Assembly: GCA_965228855.1 (NCBI GenBank)
Contig: CBDDIJ010000002.1
Coordinates: forward strand, 1,728,001 to 1,792,000
Direction: 5' to 3'
DNA: 64,000 nt
DNA from: Candidatus Obscuribacterales bacterium
GTDB taxonomy: Bacteria; Cyanobacteriota; Vampirovibrionia; Obscuribacterales; Obscuribacteraceae
Made by a program: the position numbers and the translations under genes. Positions 28,401 through 37,461 of the stretch are shown here, piece after piece. The notes below the pieces were generated by a model, which did not search any database, was not told the DNA's origin, and saw nothing but the letters and a program-made list of their open reading frames with translations. Every line of letters begins with the position of its first letter. Position 1 is the stretch's first letter.

Positions 28401-31207
28401 CGTTCACCGTCGGAGCTCCCACCACTGGCGGTGGCAGCGTCACGGGCACCGGCTCTATAACTACCGGCAGTACCGCAATTGGTGGCAACGGCGGAAATGT
28501 CACGGTCGTCACTACTGGAGATGGAACAATCTCGCTCAATAACATCAACACATCAGCAACTGATGGCAATGGTGGCGAGGTTCTCCTTATCGGTGCTGGT
28601 GTTACGGTAAACAACATTACCACCACAGGCAGTGCCGGTGGCGGGGGCGTTGAGATACGCGGTTTTGGCTCTGAAGTTCAGTTAAGCAGCCCGCCAACTC
28701 CTATGGTAATTCAAAACGGAAAGATTACAGGCGGTACGTTCATTCCTGCGGCTACGGCAGCAGGTGCGATTGCGGTCAATAATGTTGATGCTGGTGATGC
28801 GTCCGTCACTCTAGTGAACCTGGTGTCAACGGTGACAGTAAACAATGTCATTCAGGCAAACAGCGTTGAAATCAATACTGATACGCTTACGTTCACTAAT
28901 GCGAATGGCTTCAGCGTGAATCCTGATGCCTCCGGAAATGGTGGCAAGATCAATTGGTTTGTAAACACTCTCGACACCCCCGCCGGCATTCCTTTTGCTC
29001 TTAATGCGGATGGAACCGGAATGGGTAATGGCGGCGATATACAGGTTTATATGGTTGGAGGTGCTCCAGTATTTGTCGGCACACCGACTAAACCGCCGAA
29101 AGGCGCCGCGAACCTCCTGACTCTCAGTGCTGAAAGCGGTGCACTCGGAGGAAACGGAGGCTCTCTGCTGCTGTTTGTCCAGGGCAATCTCACCGTGGAC
29201 ACTGGTTTCTTAACAGCCGCCCCACAGTCCAACAGCGGCAATTGGAACGGTGCTTCGTATCAACTCGCAAGCGCCAATGCGAGTGGAAAGACTACGCTTC
29301 AAGTGACCGGTGATCTGAGCGCCGAAGCTGTCGGCACTGGAAGCGGAGGATTGATAGCTTTTCAATCAAGAAACAAGAAAGCATTCACCGTCAACGCGAC
29401 CAAGGCACCGAAGAACGGAAACTTCGGAGAGTTGAGCACCGGTACTAATGGCGGTATCGCCATCATCAACACGGGCGGCGGGGTAAACGTCGCAAGCGAA
29501 TTTGCATCGATTCCTGGAGTTTTGACTCTGAGTGCCGCGATGAAAGGCGCGATCACCACTGGCAAAGGCGTGTCTCTTATCACAGGAGGAGCTCTGGTGC
29601 TCGCTTCTGATACCGGTGCTATAGGCAAGAAACCGCTCACTATATCGGCGCCGATTTTAGCCGTGCAAAGTCAAGGTTTAGTGAATCTAAACAGCATCTA
29701 CGCCGGAACCGTCACCACCGCCTTACCTGTATCGGCTGGCAAAGCGTTCAATCTGACGGCGATTGGCGATGTGAATGTGTCCACTTCGATGGATGTTGTT
29801 GGAGACGTAAATATCTCTTCGACTGGGGCGATATCAGTAAACGACATTATCACTACTCAATCGGGTTCTATCGCCCTCACCGCAGGTACTGGCACACTGG
29901 CTATTTATAATGACCTCACGGCGAACAATGGCGGTATTGTGCTTTCGAACCTGGATACCACCAATGGTGCCATCGCGGTAGGTGCTGTGACCATCGCGAC
30001 TGCTGGAAAAGGTGATGATGTCGTCATCGCGATTGGCGCTCCGCCCAAAAAGCCAACTAACACGCAAGCCGAACCTGGCTTCATTGTAGACAACCACGGC
30101 ACCAAAGGTGTCGCATATTTCGGACCTGCAGGCGGTGTCGTGCGCAACGGGGTCACCGATGTTAGCGTCAACGTGATCAATAAAGATGTGATCTTCAATA
30201 ATTTGTCGACGGGTGGTCAATTGATCACAGTGGAGGGAGGCGCGGTTATAACTGCCGATCCGCCGTCGAGGACAGGTGCCGGTCAGCGCCTTAGTGGACT
30301 CAATCTAAACAGTTTAGAGGTTGCGACTCCGGCGATGGTTGACGCGCCAACCAATCTGGCGTCCTTAAGTCTGTCGAACGCTGTCGATACGAGTTCGCTG
30401 TCGAACACTTCGGTTACCCTGGTCGATGAGATGCAATTGATGAGCTCTTCGGTCACCTCAGTCGACACGATGCCTTCGATGATCGCTTCAACGACCCTGG
30501 TGGGTGCGAAGTCATCGATGAACGCGTCTGCGACCATTAATACGGTAGGTCTCATGAACGCAGCAACCACGACTCCGTCGGGTATTAGTACCGACGTATC
30601 TTCACACCGCACAACAAAGACGGTAAGTTGGAGCGATGCCCCCGATGCAGATCTGTTTATCGATGCTGATTTCAACCATGGTTCTTCAGTCAGAGACCAG
30701 GAATTCGGCAATGTCATTTTCGCACCGCGTAGTGACATGACCTTTCAAACAAAACACGGCACTGTAAGTCTCAAGGCTGGTTCCGTTGCGCTCGTTATGC
30801 AATCTGAACGCAGCTTGTCGGTATACGATCTGCACGATCAGTGCAAGAATGCGGTCACCGTTCGTAGTGGCACTATGCAAATGAGCCTGACGCCCGGCCG
30901 GCACGCGACTATCAGCAGTCAATCTCAGGCTGAGTTTGTTGACGTAAACCCAATCGAATTGGTTCAACACCGAGGGCTAAATCAGAACAAACTCAATAAC
31001 GGTTACGCCGCATTCACATCGGAGTTCTCGATCCCCTCAGCATGTTATGCGGTCAAACCGCTCGCGAAGTTGATGAATTCAAAACAACCAGATGCGCGTA
31101 AGCTCGCACAACAACTGATCAAAACCACTTCTGTGATTCTTACACTCAACCCTGACCGCGGCGACTACGTTCAGTTTTTCAAACCTCGCGTTGCCGCGAT
31201 GAGGTAA
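22493..31207 (+). CDS. Giant secreted filamentous-hemagglutinin-like beta-helical exoprotein/adhesin
   Basis: ~2900 aa rich in G/T/S/N/A; repeated G(G/N)(D/N)I(T/S)(I/L) motifs; signal peptide; ATG 22493 after AAGGAG; globular C-terminal domain. Confidence 0.85.
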   Translation: MKSPAAGVQGQATLGASLLAFTLSLTGSAPAQANRTDDHLSALFARDAMRADRREARLERRELRIQQSVVSAPHSAEQLQSFNSATNTQSARHNNARHINLFSQMDGTKAGSRASASTAQLPGQVSTFRTSRPNLGRSTFETDRGNSKLINAGIALDLSSTKANITIGENVLDRTVTLIIGGEEKQYSAGSKVTAAEYAALTGKLATGTQTLTLSHGGAAEGGNLNLNLVSDNGLNIRASELVVPQNVTIEGDFGKTADGVRVTKDLVNYGSIVATSANSTKNTAVIGARDIENAEGGSIVSISSASNPNLNLALRANRDLDNAGSIQSAGDLELTAGRSITNSSGAVVGATGNVVLNSSVINNQGAVNAQGDITLMGAADATLGVNNFGGTLSALNGSINLRENGFEGTGNSIIYGGDLLSKQLNINAGQATGDVIARNVTGVINSSGLAAHVSANTDTLVLGTQCLTGDPTYFNTGDIIIGGDITVAEDLTIIAGGNISDISGTPITLTARSGSIGQDITIIAGANITSGTGELTPPGGPATLTTGAQQALSAVTVSGPATFGGSITFSNANQIDASSTGGNASGGNITLIAYANGYAGTPGKINAGATTLITSGNGSGNNGNVTVIGEQTISLGQITANGGTGTAPGTGVVAIASKQPTTSDGLPITFGTNGSITSGNTFVPGGDFEYFNLDTTITVNSINAATNVNVLGAFDVHLGNVVVSAGDINITTTRYGGAIFSDGGTYSADTINIFSSGYSDIRGNVTADFVQVKTSNSMILQNLTLNAPSVVLLSEHETAFVNSTVNVTQGFLSVSGQQVNGNATPGTINGSTSGDGANIVVIAGASWTDNGNNVTINGPSGMAGSIFENSIGALSTSSTGTGSAGDITLAAYGSGTLGIVRLYLASEITAKGAGGANGNVTIVADGASLGNAIEINGIDATGGTSGGTITLSSTTPNAAAIGPISKADASYSGSLVGTTQGAGGIRVYDPLKAGQSVTVDAGTQGVNLNSISVNGLSGNQAGGSIAITGSGVTLGTVQANGIGSGIGGTIEIQANSLNASAISANGGSAGAGGAGGNVMVGVNTASLYSVGTISANGGGTAGSAGSISVFNNGAGGISFNPANISLATNGGGGNLTLDATAGAIDGPVVITGSVVSVNGNAGFDNGQLQIRGSAITRNGALSISSSNGVDHSGSIELSTTSGDISVSGNFSVMTGGSLDIDLSSSRVITTANTGGTVLLQAVDNLIASGVNIVTTGAAGIPAGSITINGGGGLVVLGSLTSVGSGALSGGTVNVTSVGGLVYLGDINVNGGISGAGGTVTLNVSGAGAGVASILAAGFGGAAGGTISLSTAGHDINVAPDSSFIVDSGTGAAGSIQISTNGGDVILQAGSNFFSARGETSNGTISLNQLGSLSLGPASLTLDTNGAGSGSNISVSFNTSGPITASNGDLNISASGDVSFTGIVDIKTNGGDVSITANSISSNGAPQTVPDIDTDRLAGAAGDVSVSVNTSLTLNSILANNITISTPTLTQVTMNSPITADGTTIISTGRLVQSGSATINSDALELNFRTSAVMSTISTNVNSLTVTGVNNSITVNEANALNLLGVSNILNVNLSAGGNVFVNAAQSTINDYAITAVGAIAVNAPITAVNSLALTSSSDSIQINNALTISGASGSILLETTNGGLISELANGAIDTGAGGTLNITLAASPAEANLTAGTNNIAILNGSGGGAINVDNGANALSVMSLGSTQSLNATTTSATGISLTGSIATSGDVALNTTRFSAGANSLTAARITVQSATDLTLDANGAVLTATTPAAGAPGSPSTPTAINFITGAGEDLTLNGTMTMNGDVTFSNVGGTTTSQNNSLYAGSNNVVLKTADWIQLGNGNITGNLFFAGGVSIVNPDGDLVLSGNITFVGQDLVLAARNNVVLGNSNIDLSNTTESGNNLTIVAGYTLTPTGGGQQQSSLPFTVGAPTTGGGSVTGTGSITTGSTAIGGNGGNVTVVTTGDGTISLNNINTSATDGNGGEVLLIGAGVTVNNITTTGSAGGGGVEIRGFGSEVQLSSPPTPMVIQNGKITGGTFIPAATAAGAIAVNNVDAGDASVTLVNLVSTVTVNNVIQANSVEINTDTLTFTNANGFSVNPDASGNGGKINWFVNTLDTPAGIPFALNADGTGMGNGGDIQVYMVGGAPVFVGTPTKPPKGAANLLTLSAESGALGGNGGSLLLFVQGNLTVDTGFLTAAPQSNSGNWNGASYQLASANASGKTTLQVTGDLSAEAVGTGSGGLIAFQSRNKKAFTVNATKAPKNGNFGELSTGTNGGIAIINTGGGVNVASEFASIPGVLTLSAAMKGAITTGKGVSLITGGALVLASDTGAIGKKPLTISAPILAVQSQGLVNLNSIYAGTVTTALPVSAGKAFNLTAIGDVNVSTSMDVVGDVNISSTGAISVNDIITTQSGSIALTAGTGTLAIYNDLTANNGGIVLSNLDTTNGAIAVGAVTIATAGKGDDVVIAIGAPPKKPTNTQAEPGFIVDNHGTKGVAYFGPAGGVVRNGVTDVSVNVINKDVIFNNLSTGGQLITVEGGAVITADPPSRTGAGQRLSGLNLNSLEVATPAMVDAPTNLASLSLSNAVDTSSLSNTSVTLVDEMQLMSSSVTSVDTMPSMIASTTLVGAKSSMNASATINTVGLMNAATTTPSGISTDVSSHRTTKTVSWSDAPDADLFIDADFNHGSSVRDQEFGNVIFAPRSDMTFQTKHGTVSLKAGSVALVMQSERSLSVYDLHDQCKNAVTVRSGTMQMSLTPGRHATISSQSQAEFVDVNPIELVQHRGLNQNKLNNGYAAFTSEFSIPSACYAVKPLAKLMNSKQPDARKLAQQLIKTTSVILTLNPDRGDYVQFFKPRVAAMR

Positions 31208-31286
31208 CGGTCATCGGTTTGTTCGCTATTGAAGAAGTTTGGTCAGTCTCAATATATCTTGAAGCAAGCTAACCTCGCGGACAATA

Positions 31287-31505
31287 TGGAACCTGGGTGA
31301 AGAATTCTGAGGGTTTTGGAACCTTTATGGGTAAAATGCACATTTCCGGAACCTGAAGTGAACGATTTGGAACCTAAAAGTGGATTTGCCCATCCAAAAA
31401 CTTTGCATCTCCTATGAATTCTTACTCAAATCAAACGGTCCTCGAAGAAAATACGAGTGTCCTCTTTCGGGTTCAAATGACTCAGCATCCGGGTTTTGCA
31501 ATTCC
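31287..31505. repeat. Degenerate direct duplicate of the GH3 gene 3' end and its downstream sequence
   Basis: 31425-31486 matches 33012-33073 (61/62); 31483-31505 matches 33267-33289 (23/23); ~31287-31347 resembles ~32952-33012. Confidence 0.9.
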
Positions 31506-31532
31506 CTGACGCAGAACATGTGTGAGAACGCT

Positions 31533-32765
31533 TCAATACGACTGATTGATTCTGGCAATCTGGAAATTCGTTGGAAAGTTATTCACCTCAAACCTAGGTG
31601 GATACGATGTTACTTCACATGGCTGCAAAAGATCGGGACAAATTTTCTCGATGGTGTCCCACGCTCCCACGGCTTGAAGTTCTGCCTCGCCATTGCGAAT
31701 CCTTACGAACGCAATCCGATCGGTTTTTGGCAACCACGTTGGAACGCCCTCGGTGATCGTGGACTCACTGCTAAGGTTGCCGTGGTCATCTTGGAACGCC
31801 ATGAAGCTCGAAACATATCTTTCGTCGCTTTGGACCTCAGGAAATTGTTTTAGCAGCTCCTTCTGGGCAGCATAAATTCGATCAAAGTACTGCAGTTTCA
31901 GCTGGGCGAACTGCTTCTGTGCCGGTTCATTCGGTGGAATGATCGCTTCCATGAAGCCTCTCTCTTCGTCTAGCATTAATGGTATCGGTGGTAGTGGCTT
32001 CGGCTCGTCCTGCGCACCTTCAACGTAAGAAGCTGCGACGAATAGACCGAGTGGATCTTCCGAACCAGTGATTAGAAATGTCTCCGAGTTCGGCATGACG
32101 AATATGTGCTGTCCCATAACCTCCAAGAAATCAAATGCGCTCGCCATCATGATTCGAGCAGCATCGTATCCATCGTTCCAGCTGGATTGATAGAGCTTGG
32201 ATCCACTTTCATTGAGATCAGTCGCATAGAAGGCGAAGTGAGTTCTTAGCGCAAGTCGTTCGACGGATTCGAGGACTAGTTGATTGAAATCGACTCCCCA
32301 TCTATCAAGGTTTAGTGAGGTAACCAGCTCGCGTGTGTCAGGTTTGTCGTGTTCTAAGGTGAGCGCAAACGAGCCGGCTATTTCACAGCAGGGAATCCAG
32401 GCTTGCTCTGCAAACGCTCCCCACTTCCCGAGTCTCATTTCCAGATTTAGTTGTTCAACTGCCCACATGTCTTTGATATGCGGATATATTCGGTCACGCG
32501 CTGCTTCGAAGGTTGGCATTTCACGTTCGAGTGAGCGCTGATGCATCGATACAATGTGGGCAAGAACGCTGTTCCGCTCTTCAATGCTTGTACTTTCACA
32601 ATATTGATGGTAGAAGGTCGATAGGTTAATGCGCTGTGTGACTATGCCCAGGTCATTTTTAACGAAAAGCGCGAACTGCTCTTTATCATAGGTTGGGTGT
32701 GCACCAAGCTGCGCAAGCTGTTGTGCCGCAACATTCGCAAACGCGTCTTCGTTTGATTGGTACAT
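31533..32765 (-). CDS. Hypothetical protein (possibly DUF1444-like)
   Basis: Long ORF, likely start MYQSNED at 32765; motifs LDRWGV and WNDGYDAARI. Confidence 0.65.
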   Translation of the reverse strand: MYQSNEDAFANVAAQQLAQLGAHPTYDKEQFALFVKNDLGIVTQRINLSTFYHQYCESTSIEERNSVLAHIVSMHQRSLEREMPTFEAARDRIYPHIKDMWAVEQLNLEMRLGKWGAFAEQAWIPCCEIAGSFALTLEHDKPDTRELVTSLNLDRWGVDFNQLVLESVERLALRTHFAFYATDLNESGSKLYQSSWNDGYDAARIMMASAFDFLEVMGQHIFVMPNSETFLITGSEDPLGLFVAASYVEGAQDEPKPLPPIPLMLDEERGFMEAIIPPNEPAQKQFAQLKLQYFDRIYAAQKELLKQFPEVQSDERYVSSFMAFQDDHGNLSSESTITEGVPTWLPKTDRIAFVRIRNGEAELQAVGAWDTIEKICPDLLQPCEVTSYPPRFEVNNFPTNFQIARINQSY

Positions 32766-33012
32766 CGGGAACTCTCCGACAATTCGATATCGTCCTTGAA
32801 GGAGTATATATGACAAGTCGATAAGTAGCTCTCGTAAAATCACCACTGCTGTCGGTTGCTCAGTTCGTTTTGAGTCTCAACGTGGTAGTCGATGTGAATG
32901 GAGTTGAATTGCGCAAATTCGTATGGCACCGCTGGCAGTGGCTGAGAAATGTGGAACCAGGGTGAGAATTCTCAAGCGGTTTGAACCCTGTGTGGGTAAA
33001 ATGTCCAATTCC

Positions 33013-34683
33013 TCAAATCAAACGGTCCTCGAAGAAAACACGAGTGTCCTCTTTCGGGTTCAAATGACTCAGCTTCACCTGAGAATCCGGCGTGCCTTTT
33101 GACGCCAGCTCTTTGCGTAGAGCCTCGTAACTACCGGGCTTTATCACTCTGATACCGGGCGGATCAAGGCGCAGCGAGCGGCGTTTGTCCGAATATTCGT
33201 GATTCACTTGCGAAAGTTCGCGGTCGAAGCTAGACGCCAGTTTCTCCAGAAAAGACGATGGGCAGGCAGCATCCGGGTTTTGCAATTCCAACCACAAACT
33301 ATAATGAGGTGTTGGATCGAATTGCGGGATCACCGTGAAGAAACGGGCTCCAAGACTGCACTCCGAAAGCGCACGAACGATGCTATCAGTGACCTGCAGC
33401 TCAGTAATTTTCTCACCGGAGAACGAGAAAACATTACCGCCACGATATTGAAATTCGATAAGAGGAGTTTCGTTGTGAAAACCGACTACTTTGACGACAT
33501 CCCGAATGTTGTATCGATACAATCCAGCGGATGTCGTGAGAAGGATGTAGTAGCTCTCGCCCAGTTCAAGCTGATGCGCGAGCTTAAAAGTCGGGTTGGT
33601 CGATTCTAATTCGGACACCGGGATGAACTCGTAAAAGTGCGATCTTATTGCAAGGGCCTGCTTGTCCGGCGACAGAAAAATGGTTCCTCGTCCCTCGCTT
33701 GCACCATATGTGATGTCACAGATAGGAGTTTCACCTAGCAACTCTTTCAAGCCTGGCAAATAGAAACTTGCTGCAGCTTTTGTCCAGCACGAAGACACAG
33801 CAAGCTCGGGCCAGACTTTCCACGGCACGCACTGATCGGACTCCACCAATTTGTCCAGCAGTCTGCCTTTCGTGCGGTCTCGATTGATGAGGGACGAAAT
33901 CTTGTCGAGGATCGCGCGTGGTACGGTGTCTGGCGCACGCAGTGTGCCATCGAAAAGATCGCGCGCTAATGAAGCACCATGCATCTTTAGACGACTACCG
34001 AGCAAGAAAATCGTGCTGGGATTAAGAGTGTAGAACGACGTAACCGGCTGAGCCAGAGCGGTTCTTAAAATGCAGTAGTAGCGGGTCTCGTAATCTTTAA
34101 GCGTAAACACATCATATGGAACAGAGAGAATCGATTGGCGAACCGGCTCCGGCTCCATTAAATAGAGGGCACCGGATATGGCGCCAAATGGTATCCCGCT
34201 AACGGTTCTGCCTTCTTCGGCAGGTGACGCAATAGTCAGAGCGCAACCATCGGCCAGTGCAGGAAAGTGCTGAAAGAGTTTGTAGCAGGAAACTTTAGAT
34301 GCTCTGCGAAACTCACTGATGTAGTCCTTCGTGATTGGAATCAGCTTGCGTTTATTAGTAGTGCCGCTGGTGGTAGCAAACATAAAAGGGTCTTGAGCCG
34401 TGAGAATCCCCTTTTCGCCCTGCACAAGGCGGTCGACGTACGGACGAAAGTACTCATAGTCGTTCGGCGGCAAAGCGCGACAATAGTCATCGTAATTCCG
34501 CACGGAATTGAAGCCGTGTTCTCGGCCGAACGCAGAGTTACGTCCACTTTGGATAATCTCGGAGAGTCGCGACAACTGAGCGCTCTTTGGATCTTTGCTG
34601 GCGGACTCGAACCGGCGCACTTCCTCGCCGGCAAGAGTCGTAAATGTTTTATAGATTAGCTTTCTTATCATTTGATCCGGCAT
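33013..34683 (-). CDS. GH3 auxin-responsive-promoter family acyl-adenylate/amido synthetase
   Basis: FATTSGTT, YGASEG, FYEFIP, LTTSAGLYRYNIRDVV, GEKITE. Start approximate. Confidence 0.9.
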   Translation of the reverse strand: MPDQMIRKLIYKTFTTLAGEEVRRFESASKDPKSAQLSRLSEIIQSGRNSAFGREHGFNSVRNYDDYCRALPPNDYEYFRPYVDRLVQGEKGILTAQDPFMFATTSGTTNKRKLIPITKDYISEFRRASKVSCYKLFQHFPALADGCALTIASPAEEGRTVSGIPFGAISGALYLMEPEPVRQSILSVPYDVFTLKDYETRYYCILRTALAQPVTSFYTLNPSTIFLLGSRLKMHGASLARDLFDGTLRAPDTVPRAILDKISSLINRDRTKGRLLDKLVESDQCVPWKVWPELAVSSCWTKAAASFYLPGLKELLGETPICDITYGASEGRGTIFLSPDKQALAIRSHFYEFIPVSELESTNPTFKLAHQLELGESYYILLTTSAGLYRYNIRDVVKVVGFHNETPLIEFQYRGGNVFSFSGEKITELQVTDSIVRALSECSLGARFFTVIPQFDPTPHYSLWLELQNPDAACPSSFLEKLASSFDRELSQVNHEYSDKRRSLRLDPPGIRVIKPGSYEALRKELASKGTPDSQVKLSHLNPKEDTRVFFEDRLI

Positions 34684-34905
34684 CTCAGCGACGAAAGCGA
34701 GTGCGCAAAATGAGAACTCGTGCAAACTTTGACAAAATAAGCACTGTATCAGTGACGCGGCGCCTGAGGGTGTGAATGAAAGAAATTAAACAGGGTTGTC
34801 ATTTAGGGCTTGATAAAATCAGGCTGTGAAATTCAAGCCGGATCGCTCGTCTGAAATGCGATCGGATTCGGGCTTTCTTTGGCCGCCAGGCGGTTACAGC
34901 GATTA

Positions 34906-36411
34906 ATGACGACACGAGCGTTACCAAAACTCAATACCGGTTTCTACGCGCTGCAAGTGGCGCTGCTCATGTTCGCGTGTTTCACTATTACCATTTTCTA
35001 CACAATCGCCTGGGATGTGTTGCGCTCATACCCCTACGCCATCGAGTACGAGGGGCACATATTCTGGGCCTCGCATAGCCTTTCGCTCGGCAAAAACATC
35101 TATGACGCGGCCATGCTCTCCAACCAAAACTGGGGAGTGATTATCTACAATCCGCTCTACATCGTGATCGGTGCTTGCCTCGTGAAGATGCTGGGTCTGA
35201 GCTACGAGCCATTGAGATTGCTCACGATGGTTTCGACCCTCGCCGCATTCTCTGGCATTGTTGTCGTCCTGATTAATCACTGTAAATTGCGGCATTTCCA
35301 TGCCATCATCGCCCTTGCACTCTTCGCAAGCAGTTTACCGGTCTTTTACTGGTCCGGCGTCGCAAGAGTAGACATGCTCGGTTTAGCACTTTCCGTGTGG
35401 GGACTGGAAAGATTCCTGAGCGCGTGGAATAAGCGCGCGGTGACCGCATCATCAACCCCTCAGAGGCGATTCAACTGGTCGCTTGTCGCATCCATCCTGT
35501 TGTTGGTCGCAGCGTTCTTCACCAAGCAGCAGTATTTCGTATTTCCGGTTTCGATTGCGATTTTCTGTTTCCTAAATAGTCAAAGGAAGTTGGGAACTGT
35601 TGTCCTCGCGACCTGGGCTGTCAGCGTCGCGATGATTGTTGCTTTGATCCAACAAATAAGCGGCGGATATCTGGCTCACCTCGCCTACGCGAGCGGACTG
35701 CCCTGGGAATGGAGCACCATGAAGCAGTTTCTGCTTCCTTTTCTATCGGACTATAAAACCATCGCATCAATATCCGTGATAATTCTCGCCGGTTTCGTTT
35801 CTCGACGAAAGCACCCACACGAGGCTCTGGCAAAGGTTTTGCTTCTGATTTCCTTTGCGCTCTGCATGTACACGATGGGACTGCGCGCGGCTTACCACAA
35901 TCATCTTATTTGCACTGAAATCGCGCTTTATTGGCTCGCCGCAATCAGTTTGAGCAAGCTTTCCGGCGGTCCATCTCTTGCTGTGATTCTGGCACTCGTG
36001 TTGAGCTTGAACACCATGCAAATCTATTTTTCGGTGCTCTGGGAGAGGCTCAACATTCTTCCCCAAACGAGGCAATCACTGAAGCTATTCGAAGAGAATA
36101 ATTTCGCAGGCAAAACAATTCTATCGGAAGATCCAACCCTGCCGATGCTTGTCGGGGCGAAGCCTTCGATGATCGATGGAACAACGATCATGAACATGTC
36201 AGCAAAACATCCGGAGCAAATCCAGGCTTTAAGAGATGCCATTGCAGCCAAGCGCTTCAATGCGATCATCATAAACACAGCGGATGCGGAAAAACTAAAC
36301 CAAGAAATATGGACGGAGCCAATGGTCCGCCTCATAAAACAAAATTATCGGTTGGCAGGACGCACCGGCGGAAACGGATTACCGCAGAGCGTCTACTTCC
36401 CCGTTTACTGA
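34906..36411 (+). CDS. Polytopic membrane glycosyltransferase-like protein (ArnT/GT-C type)
   Basis: Many TM helices; EYEG, YNPLY, ARVDM, FTKQ motifs. Confidence 0.65.
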   Translation: MTTRALPKLNTGFYALQVALLMFACFTITIFYTIAWDVLRSYPYAIEYEGHIFWASHSLSLGKNIYDAAMLSNQNWGVIIYNPLYIVIGACLVKMLGLSYEPLRLLTMVSTLAAFSGIVVVLINHCKLRHFHAIIALALFASSLPVFYWSGVARVDMLGLALSVWGLERFLSAWNKRAVTASSTPQRRFNWSLVASILLLVAAFFTKQQYFVFPVSIAIFCFLNSQRKLGTVVLATWAVSVAMIVALIQQISGGYLAHLAYASGLPWEWSTMKQFLLPFLSDYKTIASISVIILAGFVSRRKHPHEALAKVLLLISFALCMYTMGLRAAYHNHLICTEIALYWLAAISLSKLSGGPSLAVILALVLSLNTMQIYFSVLWERLNILPQTRQSLKLFEENNFAGKTILSEDPTLPMLVGAKPSMIDGTTIMNMSAKHPEQIQALRDAIAAKRFNAIIINTADAEKLNQEIWTEPMVRLIKQNYRLAGRTGGNGLPQSVYFPVY

Positions 36412-36602
36412 CTGTTAGGATTGGAGCTGGAGTTGGAGCTTTGCTGACGTTGCTTCAACAGGATGAGCTGCGCTTGTTGTTCGCGCTCGGCTTCTGCACC
36501 ACCGCCGCCTTTGCCAGCGTTGGCGCTGTTTGCGAACGCTACGAGCATAGTAAATACAGCCAAGACGACAAGACCTGTAATTCTGCGCTGAGTTTTGGAC
36601 AT
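36405..36602 (-). CDS. Small secreted protein
   Basis: Signal peptide ending ANA, Gln/Ser-rich tail; GAGG upstream. Confidence 0.5.
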   Translation of the reverse strand: MSKTQRRITGLVVLAVFTMLVAFANSANAGKGGGGAEAEREQQAQLILLKQRQQSSNSSSNPNSQ

Positions 36603-36822
36603 AGTCTCAAAAGACCTCAAGAAACTAACTAGTACAGTTGAAGTTTATATCTCAAATGCCGCGCCTGTTTCTATCCACCGTCGGATTAACTTTTGCACAC
36701 GCAGGCAATTCATAGGCTTTCTCGACCATCGAGAAAACTATTTGCAGCTTTATTTCACTTAGGAACTAGCACTCACAGGTTATATTATCCGCTGGATATA
36801 AATTATTGAATTCAAGTTTGCA

Positions 36823-37446
36823 ATGAGCAATATTGCCGCCGCGCCTCGAGAGAAAACTTCAACTGCAACCGTTGTCGGGCAAATTCATCGCCCTCAGCCC
36901 GGACGCAGATTTGTCGCGGCTTGGGCGTACGACTATCTCGTCTGTTTTTGGCTCGCTGTTTGGACGATCGAGATCTTAAAGGCGACACTCGGAAGCGCCG
37001 TCTCTGAGTTGCCACTATTGGTGGTGACATGCCTTTTTATGTTGGCAAGAGATTTTCCCTTCGAAGGACGCGGTTTTGGAAAGAATCTGCTTGGACTCAG
37101 GACGGTGGATGCCAGGACTGGCGACAAGCCGTCGCTGTTTCAATCGATAATCCGCAACAGCGTTCTCCTTGGTCCCTTCCTTCTTTACCAGGTAGTTCTT
37201 GGACTGCACAAAACCGTGTGGGCAGGTCAAACGACTGATCTATTGATGCTAGTGAAAGGCATCTGCTTATTGGCTGGCAGCGTGCTTCTTCTCCTCGAAG
37301 GTCTAAGTCTGCATCGTGGTCGTGGTCTGCGCATCGCAGACAAATTGGCAGGCACGAAGGTCGTGTTAACAGACAAGCCGCGTTTTCGAAATCCGGTTTC
37401 ACTTCCTCTTTTTGCTGCAGGAAACAATAGATCGCGCTCTGATTAA
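36823..37446 (+). CDS. RDD-family membrane protein
   Basis: RRFVAAWAYD, GKNLLGLRTV, IRN, RIADKLAGTKVV. Confidence 0.85.
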   Translation: MSNIAAAPREKTSTATVVGQIHRPQPGRRFVAAWAYDYLVCFWLAVWTIEILKATLGSAVSELPLLVVTCLFMLARDFPFEGRGFGKNLLGLRTVDARTGDKPSLFQSIIRNSVLLGPFLLYQVVLGLHKTVWAGQTTDLLMLVKGICLLAGSVLLLLEGLSLHRGRGLRIADKLAGTKVVLTDKPRFRNPVSLPLFAAGNNRSRSD

Positions 37447-37461
37447 TCCTTCAGAGTATCT

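Noticed and set aside
22801..30970. Many antisense ORFs within the adhesin
   Set aside because: Shadow frames of a biased, repetitive coding sequence.
31288..31375. Mini CRISPR array
   Set aside because: The repeat is only 7 bp with uneven spacing, and no cas genes are present.
31425..33073. DGR template/variable repeat pair at the GH3 3' end
   Set aside because: Only one mismatch in 62 bp, the copy is internally deleted, no avd is seen, and the RT is ~23 kb away and not DGR-like.
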